Shown: positions 16,106 through 23,044 of the stretch, in pieces
How the letters are laid out: each line of letters starts with the position of its first letter
Position numbering within the stretch: the first letter of the stretch is position 1
Virus record (IMG/VR): IMGVR_UViG_2778261246_000008
Source: a virus
Lineage: Duplodnaviria > Heunggongvirae > Uroviricota > Caudoviricetes
Direction: 5' to 3' (one strand)
DNA: 23,044 bases
Program-made: the position numbers and the translations under genes
The notes under the pieces: generated by a model
Seen by the model: only the letters and a program-made list of their open reading frames with translations
Told to the model about the DNA's origin: nothing
Database searches by the model: none

Positions 16106-16305
16106 TGAAAGTGAAGGCACTGGAAGGCGACACCGTGGATTCGCTCTGTTTCCGGTACTACGGCACGACGCAGGGCGTCACCGAAAAGGTGCTGGATGCC
16201 AACCCCGGACTCTGTCAGCAGGTATTTCTGGACGCCGGGCAGGAAGTGGAGATGCCGGAGCCGGAGAAGAAGAAACGAGAAATGATTCAGTTGTGGGGGG
16301 AGTAG
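16105..16305 (+). CDS. X: Tail protein X (LysM-like, P2 gpX family)
   Basis: 66-aa MKVKALEGDTVDSLCFRYYGTTQGVTEKVLDANPGL...LW resembles P2 X as recalled. ATGA overlap with L. Confidence 0.85.
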   Translation: MKVKALEGDTVDSLCFRYYGTTQGVTEKVLDANPGLCQQVFLDAGQEVEMPEPEKKKREMIQLWGE

Positions 16306-16307
16306 CA

Positions 16308-16631
16308 GTGAGCACCATTCAAACAGGGATCACAGAGCAGGTTATTGCGTGGCTCTTTGACCACCTGCCAACGGTGTATGCAGCAGGCGCGGCGGTCAGC
16401 ATTTCCGCGCTGATGAGTCTTTATGACGGACGAACACTGGTTCAGACCGTAACGGGATCGCTGGCGTGCGGCGTTCTTGCCATGGCCGTGGCCGGGTCGT
16501 TGCGCTTCTTCGGGTTTCCTGAAGATGCCGTGACGTTTATCGGCGCATCAATCGGTTTTATGGGGGCAGAGAAAGCACGCGACAAGGTTATTGCGGCCTT
16601 TAATCGCAGGGTGAAGGAGAAGGACGAATGA
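16308..16631 (+). CDS. Holin (P2 Y position)
   Basis: GTG start with a GGGGGGAG Shine-Dalgarno. The small protein has hydrophobic segments (AAGAAVSISALM, LACGVLAMAVAG) and a charged C-terminus, and lies directly upstream of the endolysin. Confidence 0.7.
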   Translation: MSTIQTGITEQVIAWLFDHLPTVYAAGAAVSISALMSLYDGRTLVQTVTGSLACGVLAMAVAGSLRFFGFPEDAVTFIGASIGFMGAEKARDKVIAAFNRRVKEKDE

Positions 16632-17020
16632 GCAACACATTTAAATTCAGCAGCCGGAGCGAAAAGAATTTGCAGGGCGTAAATCCTGATCTGGTGAAAG
16701 TGACCCGACGGGCACTGGAAATCTCGGAAGTGGATTTTGGTATCACCGAAGGGTTGCGCAGCCGTTACCGCCAGAAGCAACTGGTGGCCACGGGTAAGAG
16801 CCAGACCATGAACAGCCGCCACCTTACGGGACATGCCGTGGATGTTGTGGCTTATATCGGCAGCCAGGTGTCATGGGAATGGCCGCTGTACGAAAAAATC
16901 GCAGCAGCATTCAGACAGGCCAGCCGGGAACTGAATATTCCGGTGGAATGGGGAGGCGACTGGAAGACTCTGAAAGACGGACCGCATTTTCAGTTACCAC
17001 ACGGAGCCTATCCGGCATGA
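16628..17020 (+). CDS. Endolysin, peptidase M15-type (L-alanyl-D-glutamate peptidase-like)
   Basis: 130-aa ORF with SRH..G.A.D and WGGDW..L.D.PHFQL, matching the zinc-peptidase endolysin pattern (phage T5 endolysin-like). AGGAG Shine-Dalgarno; ATGA overlap with the holin. Confidence 0.82.
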   Translation: MSNTFKFSSRSEKNLQGVNPDLVKVTRRALEISEVDFGITEGLRSRYRQKQLVATGKSQTMNSRHLTGHAVDVVAYIGSQVSWEWPLYEKIAAAFRQASRELNIPVEWGGDWKTLKDGPHFQLPHGAYPA

Positions 17021-17424
17021 AGCTCTGGCCCACGCTTGGCGTCGCTTTCCTTCTGATTGCCGGATGGGGAACATCCATGCGTCTGTCGTGGTCGCTGGGC
17101 CGGGAGAACGCCAGAAACGAAGCGCAGGCCAGCACCCTGAAAAGTACCGCCGACACCCTGAATATCATCAGCGCCGGGGTACAGGATATGCAGCAGGTGC
17201 TGGCGCAACTCCGCGTGGAAAATCAGCAACGCAATCAGGACGGAGAGGTAAGACGTGAACAGCTACGCAACGATATTGCAAAAGATGAATGCGCCCACGC
17301 TTTGCCTGACGCTCGTTTTACTGACAGGCTGCGCAGGCACGCAGAACGCGCCACGGACAGCGCCGTCAGTCCGGCTTATACCGCAGACGCTGACCATACC
17401 GGTAACGCCTCCCCCCTTCCCTGA
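17017..17424 (+). CDS. lysB: i-spanin (Rz / LysB-like)
   Basis: Internal ATG at 17017 (MKLWPTLGVAFLLIAGWG...): an N-terminal transmembrane segment followed by a coiled-coil-like, charged periplasmic region. Downstream of the endolysin. Confidence 0.7.
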   Translation: MKLWPTLGVAFLLIAGWGTSMRLSWSLGRENARNEAQASTLKSTADTLNIISAGVQDMQQVLAQLRVENQQRNQDGEVRREQLRNDIAKDECAHALPDARFTDRLRRHAERATDSAVSPAYTADADHTGNASPLP

Positions 17425-17575
17425 TACTCCCACATGGGGAAATCTCGGTATATGGGGCGACCGCCTTCTGGATGCACTGGAAACCTGTAACGCGGATAAA
17501 CGGGCCATTGAATTACTGGAACAGCGCAGGCTGCAACGACTGAACAACGAGGATAACAACCATGCTGAAAACTGA
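17255..17575 (+). CDS. lysC: o-spanin lipoprotein (Rz1 / LysC-like), out of frame and overlapping lysB
   Basis: GTG at 17255 with a GGAGAGG Shine-Dalgarno. Lipobox LLTGC followed by a proline-rich region. The start lies inside lysB in a different frame and the gene extends past the lysB stop, as in P2 lysB/lysC. Confidence 0.7.
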   Translation: MNSYATILQKMNAPTLCLTLVLLTGCAGTQNAPRTAPSVRLIPQTLTIPVTPPPFPDTPTWGNLGIWGDRLLDALETCNADKRAIELLEQRRLQRLNNEDNNHAEN

Positions 17576-18029
17576 TTCCCTGCGTGAAGCCATGACCCGT
17601 TCATGCCGATGGTGTCAGGCCAACCCGGAAAAATTCACCATTTTCGTGGAGAGCGGCAACATTGAAACGACCGGAGAAACGCCCTCGTTTGTTTACCGCT
17701 ATCAGATGGTGATGTTTGTCATGGATTACGCCGGGGAGCTGGACGACCTCACGCTGCCGCTACTGGCGTGGTTATCCGAAAATCAGCCACAGTTGTTGCT
17801 CAATCCGGAGCGTAATCAGGACATCAAATTCTCCGCCGTTATCAATGACGATGACAGCGCCGATCTCCTGTTTACGCTCCCCCTGCGGGAACGCGTTCGC
17901 ATCACGCGCAGCAGTCAGGGCACACCGCAGGCAGAACACCTGCCTGAGCCAAAACCCCGCCTGCCATCTTCCGAAGGCGACTGGTCGCATGTATTCCAGG
18001 ATGTGACGTGGGGTGAAAGCGATGGATAA
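17562..18029 (+). CDS. R: Tail completion protein (P2 gpR family)
   Basis: 155-aa ORF with a GAGGA Shine-Dalgarno; position and size match P2 R. Confidence 0.82.
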   Translation: MLKTDSLREAMTRSCRWCQANPEKFTIFVESGNIETTGETPSFVYRYQMVMFVMDYAGELDDLTLPLLAWLSENQPQLLLNPERNQDIKFSAVINDDDSADLLFTLPLRERVRITRSSQGTPQAEHLPEPKPRLPSSEGDWSHVFQDVTWGESDG

Positions 18030-18657
18030 GGCATTCACCCGCGTGGATGAAACCTTTGAGGCCATCCGCGACAGCCTGAATCAGCAGGCCATCAATAACA
18101 TCGCCAGAAAGCTGGCACAGGATTTACGCCGCGCCCAGCAGGCGCGTATCCGGTCACAGAAAGCGCCGGACGGGACCGCGTGGACACCACGCAGACGCCG
18201 CGTAACCCGGATACAGGAACGCATTCGCTTTATCTGGAATAACGAAGCACGCACGCTGAAAAACTGGCATCACGACACGGGGAAATACGGGCGAACCATT
18301 ACCGGGTGGGATGAGGATAAAAACAATATCCGCACGTTTTACCGGGATGACATCGACCGTTTTCTGGAAATACGCACCCGGCGCATCAACCAGGACAGCA
18401 CAAAGCGCGTCCCCATGTTCGTAAAACTGCGCACCGCCCGCTACCTGAAAGCCCGTGCAGATGCATCCGGTGTGACGGTGGGTTACAGCGGCGTGGCCGC
18501 ACGTATTGCACGCGTTCATCAGTTAGGTGAGCGCGATCAGGTTGCGCCGGGCATTTTCACCGATTACCCGGTACGTGAGCTGCTGGGTATCAGCCAGGCA
18601 GATGAGCGCCTGATTTATAACACGGTGCTGGGCCGGATTGCGGAGGCTGTACGGTGA
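18013..18657 (+). CDS. S: Tail completion / virion morphogenesis protein (P2 gpS family)
   Basis: ORF following R and overlapping its 3' end. The start is ambiguous between GTG 18013 and ATG 18022. Confidence 0.78.
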   Translation: MKAMDKAFTRVDETFEAIRDSLNQQAINNIARKLAQDLRRAQQARIRSQKAPDGTAWTPRRRRVTRIQERIRFIWNNEARTLKNWHHDTGKYGRTITGWDEDKNNIRTFYRDDIDRFLEIRTRRINQDSTKRVPMFVKLRTARYLKARADASGVTVGYSGVAARIARVHQLGERDQVAPGIFTDYPVRELLGISQADERLIYNTVLGRIAEAVR

Positions 18658-19235
18658 GCGCAGAACTCATGCGACTGCTGAGCAACATCATCCGTACCGG
18701 GATCATCTCTGAAGTTGATGAGGAATCCTGGTGCGTGCGCGTTCGCAGCGGCGAACTGGAAACAGGCTGGCTGCGCTGGAACACCACGCGCGCGGGAGCC
18801 TTCAATGTGTGGCTGCCGCCATCACCCGGCGAACAGGTGGTAATTGCCTGCATTGGCGGCAACCCGGAAACCGCCATGATAATTGGCAGCCTGTGGAGTG
18901 ATGCCATTCCGGCCCCCGGCAAAAGCCTGAAAGAAATCGTGGTCAGCGCGCCGGATGGCACGGTGTTCCGCTACGACGCGGACGCAGGCGCACTGAGCGC
19001 CAGCGGCATGAAAACAGCCACCCTGCAGGCATCCGTCAGCGTGACACTGGATACGCCCGTCGTGGAATGCACAGACCTTCTGAGAACGGCGACGCTTGAC
19101 GTCACAAAAGGGGGAAAGATGAGCGGCAATATCACGCACAGCGGCGGCAATTTCACCTCAAACGGCATCACAGTGCATACGCATAAACACGGTGGCGTTA
19201 AAGGTGGCAGCGATTCGACAGGAGGCCCGCAGTGA
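18654..19235 (+). CDS. V: Baseplate spike/hub protein (P2 gpV family)
   Basis: GTG start with a GGAGG Shine-Dalgarno; 193-aa Gly/Ser/Thr-rich C-terminus; order S-V-W-J-I-H. Confidence 0.82.
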   Translation: MSAELMRLLSNIIRTGIISEVDEESWCVRVRSGELETGWLRWNTTRAGAFNVWLPPSPGEQVVIACIGGNPETAMIIGSLWSDAIPAPGKSLKEIVVSAPDGTVFRYDADAGALSASGMKTATLQASVSVTLDTPVVECTDLLRTATLDVTKGGKMSGNITHSGGNFTSNGITVHTHKHGGVKGGSDSTGGPQ

Positions 19236-19582
19236 CAACCCGCTACACAGGAATGAACCCGGACGGAACGGGAAACCTGAACGATATGGAGCACCTGAAA
19301 CAGTCAGTCAGGGACATCCTGACCACCCCGCTGGCAAGCCGGGTTATGCGACGGGAATATGGCAGCCTTGTGCCTGATTTGATTGACGAACCCATGAATA
19401 ACACCACGCGTCTGCAATGCATGAGTGCTGCCGTGATTGCGCTGACACGATGGGAACCCCGCATTGCCCTGGACGCTATCGACGTTGTCTGGAAGGCAGG
19501 AGGCCGCGCCGGGGTGACGCTGTCGGGCACTGTCATGCAGACCATGCAGAATGTTGAATTAACCATCACGCTGAGGGAGTAA
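19232..19582 (+). CDS. W: Baseplate wedge protein (P2 gpW / T4 gp25-like)
   Basis: 116-aa ORF; GTG start with a GGAGG Shine-Dalgarno, overlapping the V stop. Confidence 0.82.
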   Translation: MTTRYTGMNPDGTGNLNDMEHLKQSVRDILTTPLASRVMRREYGSLVPDLIDEPMNNTTRLQCMSAAVIALTRWEPRIALDAIDVVWKAGGRAGVTLSGTVMQTMQNVELTITLRE

Positions 19583-19585
19583 ATC

Positions 19586-20482
19586 ATGCCTGCCGTTGAC
19601 CTTTCACAGTTACCGGACCCCGCCATCATCGCGGAGCCTGACTTTGAGGCAATTCTGGCTGACACAAAGGCCATGATGATTGCGTCCTATCCCGCCGAAC
19701 AGCGTGAAGCCGTTTCCGCCGCGCTGGAGCTGGAATCGGAACCCCTTAACGTTATCGCTCAAACCATGTCGTTTCGTGAAATGCTGTTACGCCAGCGGGT
19801 CAATGAGGGTGCACGCGCCTGCATGCTAAGCCACAGCGCCGGGACAGACCTGGACAACCTCGCGGGCAATATGAACACAAAGCGCCTGGTTATCACTCCG
19901 GCAACGGATACCACCGACGCAGTGATGGAAAGTGACACCTCGCTGAGACTACGGGCGCAACGGGCATATGACGGTCTGAGTGTTGCTGGCCCGTCAGGTG
20001 CATACGAGTATTTTGCACGCAGCGCCAGCGGTCTGGTACGCGATGCGCGGGCCATCAGCCCGTCTCCGGCCAACGTGACGGTTTCCATCCTGTCCACTGA
20101 GGGCGACGGCACAGCAACGGAGGCGTTGCTTAATACCGTTCGCGCCGTTCTGAATGCAGAGGATACCCGCCCGGTGGCCGACCGCCTGACCGTACAGAGT
20201 GCCAGAATCGTGACATGGCGGCTGAATGCAAAACTGTACTTTTACCCCGGCCCGGAATCCGAACCTATTCTGGCCGCGGCGGAATCGTCGTTCAGGAAGT
20301 GGCTGTCTGAGCAGGGGCTTATCGGTCAGGATGTGGCGTTGTCAGCCATTGCTGCCGCACTGCATGTGCACGGTGTGCAACGCGTGGAGATAATCGAACC
20401 CACACAAAATATGGCCATCAGCGACATACAGGCGGCGCGCTGTGAGTCATTCACCATCAGCGAAGGTGGGCGTAATGAGTAA
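19586..20482 (+). CDS. J: Baseplate assembly protein (P2 gpJ family)
   Basis: 298-aa ORF with a GGGAG Shine-Dalgarno; position and size match P2 J. Confidence 0.88.
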   Translation: MPAVDLSQLPDPAIIAEPDFEAILADTKAMMIASYPAEQREAVSAALELESEPLNVIAQTMSFREMLLRQRVNEGARACMLSHSAGTDLDNLAGNMNTKRLVITPATDTTDAVMESDTSLRLRAQRAYDGLSVAGPSGAYEYFARSASGLVRDARAISPSPANVTVSILSTEGDGTATEALLNTVRAVLNAEDTRPVADRLTVQSARIVTWRLNAKLYFYPGPESEPILAAAESSFRKWLSEQGLIGQDVALSAIAAALHVHGVQRVEIIEPTQNMAISDIQAARCESFTISEGGRNE

Positions 20483-21005
20483 TTCACTGTTACCGCCATC
20501 AGCCAGCAATTTCATGCGTTGTGCCGAAGCTGTCGGAACGCGCATTACAGACATTCCGGTAGACCTCAACACGCTGTGGTCGCCGGACACCTGCCCGGTG
20601 CATCTGCTGCCTTATCTCGCCTGGGCATTTTCCGTTGACCGCTGGGATCGCAACTGGCCGGAAGAGACAAAGCGACAGGTGATTCGTGATGCATGGCTGA
20701 TACACCGACACAAAGGGACCATCAGCGCACTGCGCCGGGCCATTGAGCCGCTGGGATACCTCATTCGTGTGTCTGAGTGGTGGGAGTTCGGCGGAGAACC
20801 GGGAACATTTACCGTTGAAGTCGGCACGCTGGACAGTGGCGTGACGGAGGAAATGTATCTGGAAATGGAGCGGTTGATTGCTGATGCCCGCCCGGTCAGC
20901 CGCCACATGACAGGGCTGAATATCATTCAGGAGATCCCGGGGGATATTTTCGCGGCGGCAGCAACTTACGACGGTGAAGTCATTACCATTTATCCGGACG
21001 ATTAA
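20475..21005 (+). CDS. I: Baseplate/tail protein (P2 gpI family)
   Basis: Internal ATG at 20475 (MSNSLLPPSASNF...) gives 176 aa, the size I recall for P2 I; it overlaps the J stop by 8 nt. Confidence 0.82.
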   Translation: MSNSLLPPSASNFMRCAEAVGTRITDIPVDLNTLWSPDTCPVHLLPYLAWAFSVDRWDRNWPEETKRQVIRDAWLIHRHKGTISALRRAIEPLGYLIRVSEWWEFGGEPGTFTVEVGTLDSGVTEEMYLEMERLIADARPVSRHMTGLNIIQEIPGDIFAAAATYDGEVITIYPDD

Positions 21006-21007
21006 GC

Positions 21008-23044
21008 ATGAGTACCACAACACGAAAATTTAAAACCGTTATCACCGATACGGGTGCCAAAAAATTAGCTCAGGCAGCCGCGCCAGATGGTAATCCTGTC
21101 CGCCTGACTCACATGGCCGTGGGCGACGGTGGCGGCACGTTGCCCACACCAGACAGTAAGCAGACCCGTCTGGTGCATGAGGTGTGGCGACATACTGTTA
21201 ATCGCGTCATCCTGGACGCAACACATCAGAACCGCATTATTGCGGAGCTGGTTATTCCTCCTGAAACGGGCGGATTCTGGATCCGGGAAATTGGTGTATT
21301 TGATGAGCACGGCGATTTAATCGCGGTGGGCAATACTGCCGAAAGTTACAAGCCAGCCGTTGCCGAAGGATCCGGACGTGCACAAACATTTCGCACCATT
21401 CTGACCGTATCCAGCACTGCCACCGTGGCGCTTACCGTGGATAACACCATGGTTATGGCCACAGTGGATTACGTGAATGACAAACTGAAAGAACATGAAC
21501 AGTCACGACGTCACCCGGACGCCTCGCTGACCGCAAAAGGCTTTGTTCAACTCAGTAGCGCCACCAACAGCACGTCTGAAGCACTGGCCGCAACGCCGAA
21601 AGCGGTCAAGGCAGCCTATGACCTTGCTAACGGGAAATATACCGCACAGGACGCCACCACAGCGCGAAAAGGTCTTGTCCAGCTCAGTAGCGCCACCAAC
21701 AGTGATTCTGAAACGCTTGCGGCAACGCCAAAGGCGGTAAAGGCAGCATATGACCTCGCTAACGGGAAATATACCGCACAGGATGCCACCACAGCGCGAA
21801 AAGGTCTTGTCCAGCTCAGTAGCGCCACAAACAGCGATTCTGAAACGCTTGCGGCAACGCCAAAGGCGGTAAAGGCCGCGTATGACCTTGCTAACGGGAA
21901 ATACACTGCACAGGATGCCACTACAGCGCGAAAAGGTCTTGTCCAGCTCAGTAGCGCCACCAACAGTGATTCTGAAACGCTGGCCGCAACATCAAAAGCG
22001 GTGAAGTCTGCCTATGACAATGCTGAAAAACGTCTTCAGAAAGATCAGAACGGTGCGGATATTCCGGGAAAGGATACCTTCACGAAAAATATCGGTGCCT
22101 GTCGTGCTTATAGCGGCGCTTTGAGCACTGAAGCCGGAAACTGGACAACCGCTCAGTTTATTGAATGGCTGGATTCCCGTGGTGCATTTAATCATCCGTA
22201 CTGGATGTGCAAAGGCTCATGGTCATATGCAAATAACAAAATCATTACGGATACCGGATGTGGTGATATCCACCTGGCTGGTTGTGTCGTCGAGGTCATG
22301 GGAACTAAATCTGCAATCACTATCCGAGTGACCACGCCGACAACATCAAGTGGTGGCGGTACAACCAGCGCGCAATTCACTTACATTAATCATGGGGACG
22401 GCTACTCCCCCGGCTGGCGTCGTGACTGGAATCGTCAGGGCGACTCAATGACCGGAACGATTAATCAGGATGGCGGAAGCCAGAATGCCTATATGTCTAC
22501 GGCCTTATGTTCAGGCACCAGAGGCGGCAAAAAATATCTCAGAAAGTTTCGTGGTGGAGAAGGAGACACTATCTGGCATGAAACAGTACAGGGCGGGGTA
22601 ATTCGCTGGGCGACAGGAAACTATGACGCTCAGGAAGAATTATCACTCAGCTCCGCTTATGGTCTCCGTTCAAGAGGTGAGATTACATCACTCAGTGCTA
22701 ATGGTCTGCGCATTGCTTATGGCAATTATGGATTCTTTATCAGGAATGATGGCGGCAGCACATATTTAATGCTGACGGCCTCTGGCGATAAATTTGGGAC
22801 ATGGAACGGCTTAAGACCGCTGACTATCAATAACGCCAATGGCGGAGTGTCAATGGGGCATGGCCTGAGTGTTACAGGTGATATTGTCTGTTCTTGCCCC
22901 CTTATTTCCAGACAGGGGTTGTATCTTAAGTTAACATTACCCGCTGACGTCGATATTCTCGCGGAGAGCGATAACCCAACGCACTATGCGGATGGTTTTC
23001 ATTGTAATGCTCGATCGCCACTGCAAGGTTATGCAATGCCGTTC
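21008..23044 (+). CDS. H: Tail fibre protein (P2 gpH family), 3' end beyond the window
   Basis: Hand translation from ATG 21008 is open through to the window end (679 codons). The N-terminus [21 protein letters not shown]...MAVGDGGG...HEVWRH...[17 protein letters not shown] is the conserved P2 H virion-attachment domain. Absent from the ORF track because no stop falls inside the window. Confidence 0.88.
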   Translation, partial: MSTTTRKFKTVITDTGAKKLAQAAAPDGNPVRLTHMAVGDGGGTLPTPDSKQTRLVHEVWRHTVNRVILDATHQNRIIAELVIPPETGGFWIREIGVFDEHGDLIAVGNTAESYKPAVAEGSGRAQTFRTILTVSSTATVALTVDNTMVMATVDYVNDKLKEHEQSRRHPDASLTAKGFVQLSSATNSTSEALAATPKAVKAAYDLANGKYTAQDATTARKGLVQLSSATNSDSETLAATPKAVKAAYDLANGKYTAQDATTARKGLVQLSSATNSDSETLAATPKAVKAAYDLANGKYTAQDATTARKGLVQLSSATNSDSETLAATSKAVKSAYDNAEKRLQKDQNGADIPGKDTFTKNIGACRAYSGALSTEAGNWTTAQFIEWLDSRGAFNHPYWMCKGSWSYANNKIITDTGCGDIHLAGCVVEVMGTKSAITIRVTTPTTSSGGGTTSAQFTYINHGDGYSPGWRRDWNRQGDSMTGTINQDGGSQNAYMSTALCSGTRGGKKYLRKFRGGEGDTIWHETVQGGVIRWATGNYDAQEELSLSSAYGLRSRGEITSLSANGLRIAYGNYGFFIRNDGGSTYLMLTASGDKFGTWNGLRPLTINNANGGVSMGHGLSVTGDIVCSCPLISRQGLYLKLTLPADVDILAESDNPTHYADGFHCNARSPLQGYAMPF
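21536..22030 (+). repeat. Tandem array of ~3.7 copies of a 132-bp (44-aa) unit inside H
   Basis: The unit [44 protein letters not shown] starts at 21536, 21668, 21800 and 21932 (period exactly 132 bp), with synonymous and near-synonymous differences between copies. It also produces the repeat-containing antisense ORF 21616..21963. Confidence 0.85.

Noticed and set aside
21616-21963. 115-aa minus-strand ORF with internally repeated sequence
   Set aside because: It is the reverse-strand reflection of the 132-bp tandem repeats in tail-fibre gene H; the repeats are explained by H.
1-23044. tRNA genes, CRISPR arrays, IS elements or an attachment-site core
   Set aside because: No cloverleaf-like conserved tRNA features, no regularly spaced direct repeats with unique spacers, and no transposase ORF were seen. 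The integrase 3' end abuts the window edge, so attL would lie outside the window.

Overview
This window is a segment of a P2-like (Peduovirus-type) temperate prophage from an enterobacterial-type host. It runs from the integrase at the left edge, through the immunity switch and early/replication operon, a roughly 2.8 kb cargo island and the probable cos region, into the late head, lysis and tail genes in canonical P2 order (Q P | O N M L X, holin, endolysin, lysB/lysC, R S V W J I H). The tail-fibre gene H runs off the right edge. All calls rest on reading the supplied ORF translations and the nucleotide sequence by eye; family assignments are from recalled family motifs, and no database search or computation was run. 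The most interesting part is the cargo island between the replication gene A and cos, at the position where P2 itself carries tin/old. It holds an actin-like ParM/ParR-like pair, a stand-alone protein whose C-terminus closely resembles the ClpX N-terminal zinc-binding domain, and a convergent phd-doc toxin-antitoxin pair. That combination is a candidate undescribed lysogen-protective or plasmid/phage-conflict module. Other notable points are phased short repeats around cos, a 27-bp direct repeat with palindromic cores at the A/parM junction, a 132-bp tandem repeat array inside H, and two unannotated small ORFs in the early operon.
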